Origin: Deltaproteobacteria bacterium | GTDB lineage: Bacteria; Desulfobacterota; JADFXK01 | Direction of reading: 5' to 3' | Assembly: GCA_015233055.1 (NCBI GenBank) | Contig: JADFYN010000005.1 | Coordinates: 1-43,608, forward strand | DNA: 43,608 bases | In this document: positions 1 through 9,592 of the stretch, piece by piece | How positions within the stretch are numbered: position 1 is the stretch's first letter | Layout: each line of letters opens with the position of its first letter | Position numbers and translations under genes: made by a program | Notes under the pieces: model-generated | Told to the model about the DNA's origin: nothing | What the model saw: the letters and a program-made list of their open reading frames with translations, nothing else | The model's database searches: none

Positions 1-699
1 GCATCGCCGATATGAGCAGGCGCTTAACCTGGGGTATTTCTTTGAAGGCATATGGATGCCCTTCGCTCCCAGGCCCGGCCGAGAAAGCGGGCCAAAGGAT
101 TTGTCTGATGTTGGAAGGGAGTAAAGTCCTACGATTTTTTGTGTGAAGATCAGCGATAAACTCTTCCATCAGTCGGAGGAGTCGAGGCGCGCCACGGCAA
201 AAAAAGCTGATAACTAATACCATAGATTTAGTAAGATCTCAACCAGTTCTTTCAGCTATACAGATCAGAGAAAAACGGTTGTGGCGGGGCCCTCCGGGTA
301 GAGGCATTCCGGCCCATCAGGTCTCTGCCTATTCTTCGGAATGCCTCACCGTCCATCGGCAAAATCTGCCTAGCCTTTATTTCCCAATGAGGTCTCGACG
401 CTTAAAATTGATTCAACGGAGTACCGGAAACAACAACAATTTAGATTTTTTAAATTTCGAGAATAGACGACCTATCATAATGGTTTTATATGTAAATAGC
501 ACAAGTCCAGAAACGCGCCTTTTCAAAATGACGCCGGATATGGCCGCGAAAAGAATAATTGACAGGTTAGAAATTTATTAACGGGCATTTTTCTTGCATG
601 AAGCTGAGACAAAAAGGCCGTGGGTTATGACATAAACAAATTACACCACAACACTCCCAAGACTTTGCGTTGGCGCTCCGCAGAAGAAGGAGAACTATC

Positions 700-1392
700 A
701 TGTCCGTTAATTTAGTGTCCTCATCATACAGTTCGTACTCGCAGTATCTCCAACTGGGCCAATCGGGCCAATCGGGCCGATTCCAGCAGCGTAAACAGGA
801 TTTCAATGCCCTGTCCTCGGCCCTGAGTTCCGGAGATATCACGTCGGCCCAGAGTGCCTTCGCCACACTGCAAAAAGATATGCCCAAGTTCATGCAGGGT
901 TCGGGGGTCGGGACCAGTCAAAATGGATCACAGAATTCCGCCATGACATTTGGGAACGCTCTTAGTTCCGCTCGATCTGGTCGGTTCCAGCAGCGTAAAC
1001 AGGACTTCAACGCCCTGGCCACGGCCCTGAGTTCCGGCGATATAACTTCAGCCAAAAGTGCGTTCGCCACTTTGCAGAAGGACATGCCGAACCTCAGCCA
1101 GAGCCAAACCGGACAACAGACCACTCAAAATACTTTGCAGAATGACATAACTGCGCTCCAAACGGCGCTCACCGCGGGCGACTCTACAGGCATCCAAACC
1201 GCATTGTCCACATTGAAACAAGACTCGCAGAATATTGGGCAGAGTCAAGATGGCCAACAAGCCGGACAAACGCACCACCGGCACCACCATCATCATCACT
1301 ATCAGACCAACGATGCCCAATCCAACGGAACGGTGACCGCAGCCACATTGAGCAACGTGGTCAAGGGAAGCAGTGTCAACATCGCCGCCTGA
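700..1392 (+). CDS. Q/S-rich repeat protein with poly-His tract (function unknown)
   Basis: ORF 670..1392. The ATG at 700 follows a GAAGGAG Shine-Dalgarno (686-692). There are two near-identical 38-aa repeats (SGRFQQRKQDFNAL..SSGDITSA.SAFATLQKDMP), a degenerate third repeat, and HHRHHHHHHY near the C-terminus. I see no signal peptide or TM segment. Confidence 0.7.
   Translation: MSVNLVSSSYSSYSQYLQLGQSGQSGRFQQRKQDFNALSSALSSGDITSAQSAFATLQKDMPKFMQGSGVGTSQNGSQNSAMTFGNALSSARSGRFQQRKQDFNALATALSSGDITSAKSAFATLQKDMPNLSQSQTGQQTTQNTLQNDITALQTALTAGDSTGIQTALSTLKQDSQNIGQSQDGQQAGQTHHRHHHHHHYQTNDAQSNGTVTAATLSNVVKGSSVNIAA
774..1089 (+). repeat. Intragenic direct repeat: two ~112-bp copies offset by 204 bp
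   Basis: Approx. 774-885 and 978-1089 align at DNA level with scattered, mostly synonymous-looking differences. They encode the duplicated 38-aa module. Confidence 0.85.
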
Positions 1393-1432
1393 GTTCGTCA
1401 ATGGTCGGCGTAACCAATAGTTATCTCAACAT

Positions 1433-1453
1433 GGGGGGGACAGTAGCCCCCCT
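1433..1453 (+). terminator. GC hairpin downstream of the repeat-protein gene (weak terminator candidate)
   Basis: The G run 1433-1439 pairs with the C run 1447-1452 around a 7-nt loop, about 40 nt after the stop codon. No immediate U tract follows (an A run, then ttcttcggttt), so this is weak. Confidence 0.3.
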
Positions 1454-1905
1454 CAAGGTTGAAAAAAAATTCTTCGGTTTAGGTTTTTCCCGCCCGCGTC
1501 CATCTTCTATCATCTCCCGACCCCTAACCGCCGGTTCATTCAGCCTATATTTTGTTCTGATATGAGCAGATCAATTCAATTTTTGTTTCTCTTTTTTGTA
1601 ACTTAATGATATAGTTCCATGAATATCTCAACAACAGGTAGCTGACTATTATATGAACTGTGCGATGAGGACAGGCGCCGCCATGGCAGGTTCTTCTTTC
1701 ATCTGAATGTTTACGGATAACCTCTTACCTTTATTGATCTTATAATCGAAGTACCCAAAAGAATCTTGACAGAATCAAACAAATGTTTAAAATGAGTGTT
1801 TCAAACCTGGCCCAATTCCAGCGCCCATGCAATAGACGCAGAGGGGCCGGAGGCGCCTTCAAAAGCGCAATTGTGCCCGTTCAAAGTATAACCGGACAAG
1901 GTTGC

Positions 1906-1949
1906 ATCTTCGCGTGATAATTTCCCAATCTTCGTGTGATAATTTCCCA
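1906..1949. repeat. Perfectly adjacent tandem 22-bp direct repeat (2 copies, 1 mismatch)
   Basis: atcttcgCgtgataatttccca (1906-1927) is followed directly by atcttcgTgtgataatttccca (1928-1949). It lies in a ~1.1-kb region with no convincing ORF, upstream of the MBOAT gene. Confidence 0.9.
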
Positions 1950-2478
1950 TGAAAATGAGAACAACCCCCATGTACAAATATTCCTGTCGCATATATAATA
2001 AAAATTTCGTGCATCTTGATCTTGAGTAGATGACCAGTTTAGAGGTCGGATTGCAGTGAAAAAAACGGTGGGCGCATTCTCTGCGATTTGCTTTAGGCTC
2101 ATTCACGCTGAGGGCGACGGATGCTCATACCCCATAGGCCGTAGTGCATACTCCTCAAAACAATTTCAGGCATATTGGATTTGGCCGCACCTGACTTTTC
2201 TTAGTAATCAGCGCGGCTGGACAGCACCCATGTGTGCCGGCCACCCCCAAGATTTCTCAGCACCCGGCAGATGCGCTTTTTCTTAGGACGGCTGTAACCT
2301 TTTTGAAGAACCCGGCGACTATATATAGTAGCGAGGCTAGCAAGGCAGGGATCCGGCCTTGATTCCGACAGTACCGAATCAGACATGCCCAGGGGGGGAC
2401 CATTCCCCTGACGCTTGCTTAGATTAATAAATGACAGTAAGGCCGGCATCTTGCATCGGATTACTTGGGAGTCACAGC

Positions 2479-3903
2479 ATGGTGTTTAGTTCCATATCTT
2501 TCATATTTTATTTCTTGCCTATTTTTTTCCTGCTATATTTTCAAGGCCGGTTCAAGAACCTGGTTCTTCTGCTGGCAAGTTTGGTCTTTTACGCCTGGGG
2601 TGAGGTTGAATATAGCGCCATTTTGTTGTTTTCTATAACCATCAATTATTTTTTCGGATTGATGATTGCGCGGGGTAAATTTATTTCTCCGCGTCTGGCC
2701 CTGACTTTTGGCATTATGGTGAATCTAAGCCTGCTCATCTATTTTAAGTATGCTAATTTTATTATGAATAATTTAAATATGTTATTGCCTGACAGGATAG
2801 GCCCGCTTCATCTCGACCCGGTCAGACTTCCATTGGGTATATCTTTTTTTACCTTCCATGCTTTGTCCTATCTTATCGATGTGTACCGCCATGACGCCGA
2901 GGTGGAAAAGAACCCCATTACTTTATCGGCTTATATTACTATGTTTCCACAACTGGTAGCCGGCCCGATTATAAGATATCAAACCATTTTTCGGGAGTTC
3001 CGGGCCAGGACGGAATCCCTTGAAAATTTTACCAGGGGGATAAAATTTTTTGTCATCGGTTTGGGGCAAAAAGTTTTGATCGCCAATACCCTGGCGGTGC
3101 CGGCAGACGCAATTTTTAATTCATCTATTGATGGGCTCGGGTGGCCGTTAGCCTGGCTTGGCGCCATTTGCTTTACCCTCCAAATTTATTTCGATTTCTT
3201 GGGGTACTCCAATATGGCTGTCGGGTTGGGGTTGATGCTTGGTTTTCATGTGCCCCAAAATTTTAACTATCCATATATTTCAGACTCCATAACCGAGTTC
3301 TGGCGTCGCTGGCACATTACCTTGTCCCGGTGGTTTAGGGACTATTTATATATCCCTTTAGGCGGGAATCGGACAGGCAACCTCCGGACCTACTTAAATT
3401 TGCTTATCGTTTTCTTTTTGTGTGGGTTATGGCATGGGGCCAACTGGACTTTCATCGCCTGGGGTCTGTATTACGGACTCTTTCTAATCATTGAGAGAAT
3501 GGGATTCAAAGAAATACTAATTCGTTTTCCGGTTTTCGTCCGCCATGTCTACGTCATGGTCGTCGTAATTTTAGGCTGGGTGTTGTTTCGGTCAAATGAT
3601 ATTCAAATGGCCGCGGGGTATATAAAGACCATGTTTGGATTCGGAGCTGCCGGCCACACGACGCAACCAGCGAGATTTTATCTTGAAAATGATGTCATCC
3701 TGGCCCTGATGTGCGGCATCGTCGGCTCCATGCCGTGGGCGCCGGTCCTGAATAGATGGTTTAACGCCATAGCAAGGGATACCAGGTGGGAAAAACTACT
3801 GGCTGAACCAGTTAGCCTTGTTTGCTTGACCTTGGTTATGGCCTTGACCGCCGCAAGCCTGGCGTCGGGTACGAGCAATCCCTTTATTTACTTTCGATTC
3901 TAG
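2479..3903 (+). CDS. MBOAT family O-acyltransferase (AlgI/DltB/PatA-like)
   Basis: The N-terminus MVFSSISFIFYFLPIFF is typical of AlgI-like proteins and GGGAG sits 8 nt upstream of the ATG at 2479. The protein is multi-pass hydrophobic. The MBOAT signature FWRRWHITLSRWFRDYLYIPLGGNR contains the conserved His. Confidence 0.9.
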   Translation: MVFSSISFIFYFLPIFFLLYFQGRFKNLVLLLASLVFYAWGEVEYSAILLFSITINYFFGLMIARGKFISPRLALTFGIMVNLSLLIYFKYANFIMNNLNMLLPDRIGPLHLDPVRLPLGISFFTFHALSYLIDVYRHDAEVEKNPITLSAYITMFPQLVAGPIIRYQTIFREFRARTESLENFTRGIKFFVIGLGQKVLIANTLAVPADAIFNSSIDGLGWPLAWLGAICFTLQIYFDFLGYSNMAVGLGLMLGFHVPQNFNYPYISDSITEFWRRWHITLSRWFRDYLYIPLGGNRTGNLRTYLNLLIVFFLCGLWHGANWTFIAWGLYYGLFLIIERMGFKEILIRFPVFVRHVYVMVVVILGWVLFRSNDIQMAAGYIKTMFGFGAAGHTTQPARFYLENDVILALMCGIVGSMPWAPVLNRWFNAIARDTRWEKLLAEPVSLVCLTLVMALTAASLASGTSNPFIYFRF

Positions 3904-3959
3904 GTCCGTCCGGCCTGGGGTCAAAGGATTATTGTGACATGTCCCGGGGCGTAAACTAG

Positions 3960-5501
3960 ATGAGAAAACGAATAGTTCAAATTAGCTATATGATCGTATT
4001 TTGTCTGTGTATTTTTGCGCCGATCGTGGCTCATCTGGTTTTGGATTCGGAAGGTTATATTCTAAAATTTGAAAATCGAACCCCTGAGCCTTGGCCGAAG
4101 CGGCCCTCTAAAATTCGAGATTTTGGACGATATATAAAGGAATTAGACTCTTATTTGAATGACCACTTCGGTTTTCGTTCCCATCTGATGAAACTATTCA
4201 ACGAAGTACGACTGTGGCTTGGTGTTTCCAAGATGGACGATGTTATAGCCGGTAAAAATAAGTGGATGTATTACAATACGAATGGATCTCCAACCGAGCA
4301 ATATCGCGGCCTTCGCCCTTTCACCGAATCTGAATTGGACGACTGGATCTCGGAAATGAAGGCTAGATGTGATTGGTTGTCCGAGATGAATATTCCTTTT
4401 CTTATCGCCATTGTCCCGGATAAACAGTCAGTTTATCCTGAAAATCTACCAGGTTGGGCGAACAAGAAGATTGGGCCGAGTCGACTGGATCAGTTATTGG
4501 ACGCATTAGAAGAACACCCGGAGTTAGACGTGGTTGATTTGAGGCCGGCGGTAATGGCCGCGAAAAATTATGCAGAAGTTTATTATAGAACCGACTCGCA
4601 TTGGAACGCCCATGGCGCTTTTGCCGGATATGCCGCCATGATGGAAAGGATAAAGAGGTATTTCCCGGACGTTAAAGTGCTTAAGAAGGACGATTTTGAA
4701 TTCGTGATTAAACCCAGCCAAGGTCTGGATCTGGCCAAGATGCTCAATTTAACCTCTTTACTGAAGGAAAATGATGTCATCGTAACACCACGCTTCCCCC
4801 ATGTGAACGTGCCTGAGGAATTTCCCATTAATGAGGTCCAGTTGTTCCGTTCGGCTCCATTAAATCCTCAAAAAATATTGTTTTTTCGCGACTCATATCT
4901 CATCGGCATGCTCCCCTTTTTCAAACGCACTTTTGAAGTTTGTTCACTTTATAATTGGGGGAAATACGTCGGATTCACGTTTAAGCCAAGCCTGGTCCGG
5001 AGCTATGAACCAGACATGGTCATCTATGAGCTTGTAGAACGACGTCTGATCAGCCCCAACGCCCCGACCGACTGGGATGGAGATAACTTTCTCCCTTGCC
5101 TGACAAAGAATGACTTGGTCACCTCATATAGCCCGCAAATTTTTGCCGAAGGACTGGGAGCGATTGAAGGTAATGACCAGAATAAATTCCGCTGGGCTTT
5201 TGGGCCCGAGACCAAGATTACATTTAATTTACCTTCCGAGCAACGGGTGTTGGTTTCTCTTCGACTGGGCAATTCCATCCCGGATCAAAAGTTATCCATA
5301 TCCGTCGCCGATAGACAGATAGAGATGCCGTTACCGACAAAAGACGATATAGAGTTCTCTTTCGTCTTTATGGGTAAACCTGGACGCAATCATTTGCGCA
5401 TGAGTTATGCGGACTGGAATCATCATAAAACTGTTCTCGCTCCAGATGATGACAGGTTCCTGAGTGTCGCTTTTAAGAAAATTGAAATGGGCCCGGAATA
5501 G
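3960..5501 (+). CDS. AlgJ/AlgX-like (SGNH-like) polysaccharide O-acetyltransferase partner with C-terminal beta-rich domain
   Basis: It has an N-terminal membrane anchor (ISYMIVFCLCIFAPIVAHLV) and the motif YYRTDSHWNAHGAF (the DxHW motif of the AlgJ/AlgX family). It lies immediately downstream of the MBOAT gene. Confidence 0.8.
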   Translation: MRKRIVQISYMIVFCLCIFAPIVAHLVLDSEGYILKFENRTPEPWPKRPSKIRDFGRYIKELDSYLNDHFGFRSHLMKLFNEVRLWLGVSKMDDVIAGKNKWMYYNTNGSPTEQYRGLRPFTESELDDWISEMKARCDWLSEMNIPFLIAIVPDKQSVYPENLPGWANKKIGPSRLDQLLDALEEHPELDVVDLRPAVMAAKNYAEVYYRTDSHWNAHGAFAGYAAMMERIKRYFPDVKVLKKDDFEFVIKPSQGLDLAKMLNLTSLLKENDVIVTPRFPHVNVPEEFPINEVQLFRSAPLNPQKILFFRDSYLIGMLPFFKRTFEVCSLYNWGKYVGFTFKPSLVRSYEPDMVIYELVERRLISPNAPTDWDGDNFLPCLTKNDLVTSYSPQIFAEGLGAIEGNDQNKFRWAFGPETKITFNLPSEQRVLVSLRLGNSIPDQKLSISVADRQIEMPLPTKDDIEFSFVFMGKPGRNHLRMSYADWNHHKTVLAPDDDRFLSVAFKKIEMGPE

Positions 5502-5620
5502 GCCAGGCGGGTTAAGATAGGCGTAACATCACGGTGAGGCCGTCCATTTCGGGTTGTCTTAACCCCAAATCAAACATCTAACTCCAAGTCGGTATTTTGG
5601 TATGGAGCGGAGAGATCCTC

Positions 5621-6472
5621 ATGAGCAAAATAAAAAAAAGGCCATTACATAAAGAAAATGCTGCTAAATCAATCTCTATACCCCAGATAAATAACATTGA
5701 TCAAACAAAAATAATTGATCAACCACGGACGGAAGACAAAGATATTGTTAAAGAAATACTTAATGGAGCGTCACTGAGGACTTTTATGATCCCAGACCCG
5801 GCGATGCCTTCTAATTTTCCTGAACACTGGGAGTGTTATGATTTACCACATGTGATAGCCAACGGAAATTTATTTTGGGCTAAATCCAGAAATGAACATG
5901 GTACTTACGTAACTGGTCAACTTACATCGCAAAGTTTTTGTTATACAAACATGGGTAGTATTTTTCTGAGTTTCAATATGTTCGCAGCGGCGATTGGGGT
6001 CATGCCGAAGTCTAGATATAAAGAACATAGATTTATACCAATAAAGAATCTTAAATTGATATGGGATTCTGATAAGAAAGAGTCACCTGAAACCGTGGTT
6101 CAAGAAATAGAATCAGGCTCAAGATTTAGAGTTGCCTTTTTTGACTCAGAGGGAATTTGGAATATCCATCCAGTGGATCTGCCAACCTATTGTCCCAGTT
6201 CCAAGCAATTTATGTTGAATACGGCTTGTGACATGTATCCACTCTTTTTCAGGAGCATACAAGAAACAGGAACACTTGAAAAGCAAGTAGTTGATGGTTT
6301 GGCCAAAGCCGACTCTCCAAATGGAGGACGTGGTTGCGTGGAAGTAACTAATATGCGGCGATTTATTTCTCGCTATAGCCTCCTCTCGGACGGAAGATAC
6401 CAAAGCCACTCAGATTCCTTGAAAGGAACTTTTCAAGAATACGAAAGGTTGAAGGTGTTTGTTGAAGAATAA
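5621..6472 (+). CDS. hypothetical protein (AT-rich orphan ORF)
   Basis: ORF 5597..6472. The ATG at 5621 is preceded by GGAGAG. I recognise no motifs and see no TM or signal peptide. By eye the gene is clearly more AT-rich than its neighbours. Confidence 0.6.
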   Translation: MSKIKKRPLHKENAAKSISIPQINNIDQTKIIDQPRTEDKDIVKEILNGASLRTFMIPDPAMPSNFPEHWECYDLPHVIANGNLFWAKSRNEHGTYVTGQLTSQSFCYTNMGSIFLSFNMFAAAIGVMPKSRYKEHRFIPIKNLKLIWDSDKKESPETVVQEIESGSRFRVAFFDSEGIWNIHPVDLPTYCPSSKQFMLNTACDMYPLFFRSIQETGTLEKQVVDGLAKADSPNGGRGCVEVTNMRRFISRYSLLSDGRYQSHSDSLKGTFQEYERLKVFVEE

Positions 6473-6737
6473 ATTTTTATCTATCATCCTGTTACAATCT
6501 TTCGCTATTTACATAATAAACAGAATGCCGGATAACCCCATAAAAAAAATTGCAAGCGGCAGCATCAAGGTAACTCGTTTTGATTATTCCATAGAGGAAG
6601 GTAAGAAGTCTGTTGGTTACTATGTTTAGCAGTCTGGTTTAAAGGCGCGATTATGGCTGCTGTCAATATTTTTTCATGAATAAATAACGGATGTGAGCTG
6701 TTGCTTGCTTTACCTCAGAACATAAAGGGGATCATTT

Positions 6738-7559
6738 ATGAAAATAGTCGCCGTAATCCCAGCCCGTTATGGATCTAAGCGATTTGCCGGCAAGCCTTTG
6801 GCGGAACTGGCCGGTAAACCCATGGTTGTCCATGTGTATGAACGAGCGGCTTCTTCACCCATCCTGGATGCCGTGCTGGTGGCCACGGATGACACAAGAA
6901 TTGCCGAGGCCGTGATTCGGGCAAATGGTCGGGTGGTGATGACGGCGAAGGGTCATCGGTCCGGTACGGATCGGGTGGCCGAGGCAGTGGCCGGTATGAA
7001 TCTTCGCCAGACGGATATTGTGATCAATATTCAAGCCGATCAGCCGTTGTTCGACCCAAAGTGCATCGAGCAGGTTGTCAGCCCTTTATTTTTGGATGAC
7101 AGCTTACCCATGGCCACCCTGGTCCACGGCATAACCGACGACCGGGAGATTGATAATCCTAACAACGTGAAAGCCGTCTTAGGGGAGGATGGTTCGGCCA
7201 TTTATTTCTCCCGTTCCCGAATACCATTTTTCCGAAGCAACGATGTCCCGAAGATATACTATAAACATCTGGGCATTTACGCATTTCGGCGGCATTTCTT
7301 GACCACCTTTGCCCAACTGCCGGAAGGAAAGCTGGAGGCGGCAGAGAAATTGGAGCAGCTTCGGGTATTGGAGAATGGTTTTCGGATCAAGGCTGTCGAA
7401 ACTGAATTCCACTCGCTGGGAGTGGACACGCCTGAACAACTGGCCTGGGTCGCTCAGACTTTGCGGGGCGGGCTGTGGCCTACACCCCTTCGACCTAGCC
7501 TGGGGGTAATGAGAGAGGCAAAAAGGAGGTTATATGGACAGGAAGCCATCGATTATTAA
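6738..7559 (+). CDS. kdsB: 3-deoxy-manno-octulosonate cytidylyltransferase (CMP-Kdo synthetase)
   Basis: The N-terminus MKIVAVIPARYGSKRFAGKPL and the motifs VATDD, QADQP and HLGIYAFRR are all characteristic of KdsB. A ~20-aa C-terminal extension overlaps the next gene by 26 nt. Confidence 0.9.
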   Translation: MKIVAVIPARYGSKRFAGKPLAELAGKPMVVHVYERAASSPILDAVLVATDDTRIAEAVIRANGRVVMTAKGHRSGTDRVAEAVAGMNLRQTDIVINIQADQPLFDPKCIEQVVSPLFLDDSLPMATLVHGITDDREIDNPNNVKAVLGEDGSAIYFSRSRIPFFRSNDVPKIYYKHLGIYAFRRHFLTTFAQLPEGKLEAAEKLEQLRVLENGFRIKAVETEFHSLGVDTPEQLAWVAQTLRGGLWPTPLRPSLGVMREAKRRLYGQEAIDY

Positions 7560-9438
7560 ATCGTTTGTATTAGTTCTGTCTTTTCTCGCCATTGTTTTAA
7601 TCAGTCATAATGAAGGGTACGCCGCCCCGGTCTCCCTGGAGCAAGCCGGACAGGTCGCCAGGAATTGGGCCAAATTTAAAGCTGCTCGAACTTCAGCCAC
7701 CGGAATATCCGAGGTACCCGCGGTGGCCGCCGGACAGCAAGTCTACTATGCCGGGCGACCGGTGGCGTTCAATTTCGAGCTAAGCCCTCAAGGGCACGTT
7801 TTAGTTCCCATAGATGACCAATTGAGCCCGGTTATCCTGTATTCCACTACCAGCAAGTTTTCGGTGGGTGATCGCGGTCCGGCCGGGTGGATCCTATCCG
7901 AACTGGCCGCGATATATCGGCAACTTGGACAGCAGCCTGTGGGAACCCGCGCTGCTTCTGCTGCTGCCGTTAATCCGGTCATATCCCAGGCCTGGCAACA
8001 GTTGACCACCTCCGGGACGGCGGCCGACCTCTTGCCCGGCATGGCCAGAGCGGTGACCAAGGGACCTCTACTCACCACCACCTGGGATCAGGGCGCCCCC
8101 TATAATAACTACTGCCCCTTGATCAACGGCCAAAGCACCTGGGCCGGTTGTGTCGCCTTGGCCTGGAGCCAGGTTTTGCGCTACTGGAACTGGCCGTCCA
8201 TGGGGACCGGCAGCCATAGCTACTCCTCAAACGGACAAATATTCTCGGCCAATTTTAACCACGCCTATTACTGGGAAAGAATGCCGACCAGCCTTAATTC
8301 GGGGAGTACTCCTGACCAGATCGACGCGGTAGCCCGTCTTATCTCTGATATGGGCGTCGCCTGTGACTCTGACTATGGATTGTCCAGTACGGGCAGTGAG
8401 CTATACGCCAATGAGGTCTTAGGTAAATATTTTCATTATAAGAACTCCATGCAGCTTATCGACCGGCAAGATGTCACCTATCAGACCTGGCTCACTTACA
8501 TAGAGAACGAAATCGACGCGGGCCGGCCCGTAGTCTTTTCTATTTTCACTTCAACGGACGGGCACGAAACGGTGATCGACGGCTACCAGACCGGCACTCT
8601 GGACATGGTCCATATTAACTACGGTTGGTCTGGTAGTTACAACGGGTATTACAATATCAACAGCCCATTTCAAGCAGGTGGGTACAATTGGCAAGTCAAC
8701 AGCCAGGAAATCGTTATCGGTATCCAGCCAGATTATTCCGGGGGATTTCCGGGCTCTGACGGAGTCTGGCAAACATCGGAGGGGTCTAAACTATATTTTC
8801 AAACATATAGTACCGGGTCGGCCATCGCCATCCTCAGCGCCGACGGGAAAGCCATCATCCCTTGTTACGACGGCACGTTCGCATCAAGCACTTTTGACGG
8901 GACGGATCTCATCTCGGGCGCCGTCGCTCGCTTTGTCATTAACTTCTCTTCACCTGCAGCAGCCAACCTGACTTATACCGACCTAAAAGCCGGGACATCA
9001 AGAAGCATGAGCTTAACCAAGGCCACTGCCGACACCGCTTCGCCGGCGGCTAAGACTGACGGCATATGGGCTGTGCCCGGGAGCACCGGGAGGTTTTACG
9101 TCCAAAGTTACTCCAGCGGCGGGATGATGATTCTGTCGAGCACCACTGGATCCACCTGTGAAGCCTTTTACGATGCCGCGGCCACTCAAACCCTTTTTAA
9201 CGGGTTGGACGTGTACCAGCCCCACGTGGCGACATTAACCTTTAACTTTCCGTCAGCCCAGTCAGGCTCAGCCACCAGAACCGATCTGAACACCAGAGCC
9301 GTCAGCAACTGGACGTCGGGCCGATTTGCCACGGTGATGGTCCCGGTTGCAGATTCACCCACGACGACTTTGGCCCATGATGCCGGCATGATGCCTGGTG
9401 GAACCGGATCCAGTTCAGTGAGGGGCTGGCGGTGGTAG
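7534..9438 (+). CDS. secreted C10 family cysteine peptidase (streptopain/SpeB-like) with two C-terminal repeat domains
   Basis: AAGGAGG Shine-Dalgarno and a signal peptide are present. Family motifs are TTWDQGAPYNNYCP, the catalytic-Cys context WAGCVALAWSQVLRYWNWP, the His context DGHETVIDGY, and NYGWSGSYNGYY. The C-terminal ~230 aa contains two related ~100-aa modules (DGVWQTSEGSKLYFQTYSTGSAIAILS.. and DGIWAVPGSTGRFYVQSYSSGGMMILS..). Confidence 0.85.
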   Translation: MDRKPSIIKSFVLVLSFLAIVLISHNEGYAAPVSLEQAGQVARNWAKFKAARTSATGISEVPAVAAGQQVYYAGRPVAFNFELSPQGHVLVPIDDQLSPVILYSTTSKFSVGDRGPAGWILSELAAIYRQLGQQPVGTRAASAAAVNPVISQAWQQLTTSGTAADLLPGMARAVTKGPLLTTTWDQGAPYNNYCPLINGQSTWAGCVALAWSQVLRYWNWPSMGTGSHSYSSNGQIFSANFNHAYYWERMPTSLNSGSTPDQIDAVARLISDMGVACDSDYGLSSTGSELYANEVLGKYFHYKNSMQLIDRQDVTYQTWLTYIENEIDAGRPVVFSIFTSTDGHETVIDGYQTGTLDMVHINYGWSGSYNGYYNINSPFQAGGYNWQVNSQEIVIGIQPDYSGGFPGSDGVWQTSEGSKLYFQTYSTGSAIAILSADGKAIIPCYDGTFASSTFDGTDLISGAVARFVINFSSPAAANLTYTDLKAGTSRSMSLTKATADTASPAAKTDGIWAVPGSTGRFYVQSYSSGGMMILSSTTGSTCEAFYDAAATQTLFNGLDVYQPHVATLTFNFPSAQSGSATRTDLNTRAVSNWTSGRFATVMVPVADSPTTTLAHDAGMMPGGTGSSSVRGWRW

Positions 9439-9592
9439 CCGATCAGCGATCAATACTCAGCAAAACAAACGATGAGAACTAGACGGCGGCCTTGATGCAA
9501 CCGGCCTGGAAACATTCCTAACAAGTTGTTTTCGTTTGAACGATGACCGCTGAAAGTTAATCGCTCACTTTATAAGTAACCAGGAGGATCTT

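Noticed and set aside
1-173. Possible 5'-truncated minus-strand ORF running off the window edge (MEEFIADLHTKNRRTLLPSN...)
   Set aside because: Only ~57 codons are visible, there is no Shine-Dalgarno and I recognise no motif. This is not enough to call a gene.
279-581. 100-aa plus-strand ORF near the window start
   Set aside because: It has no Shine-Dalgarno, a non-ATG start context and an implausible residue composition. It lies in what looks like the promoter or leader region of the repeat-protein gene.
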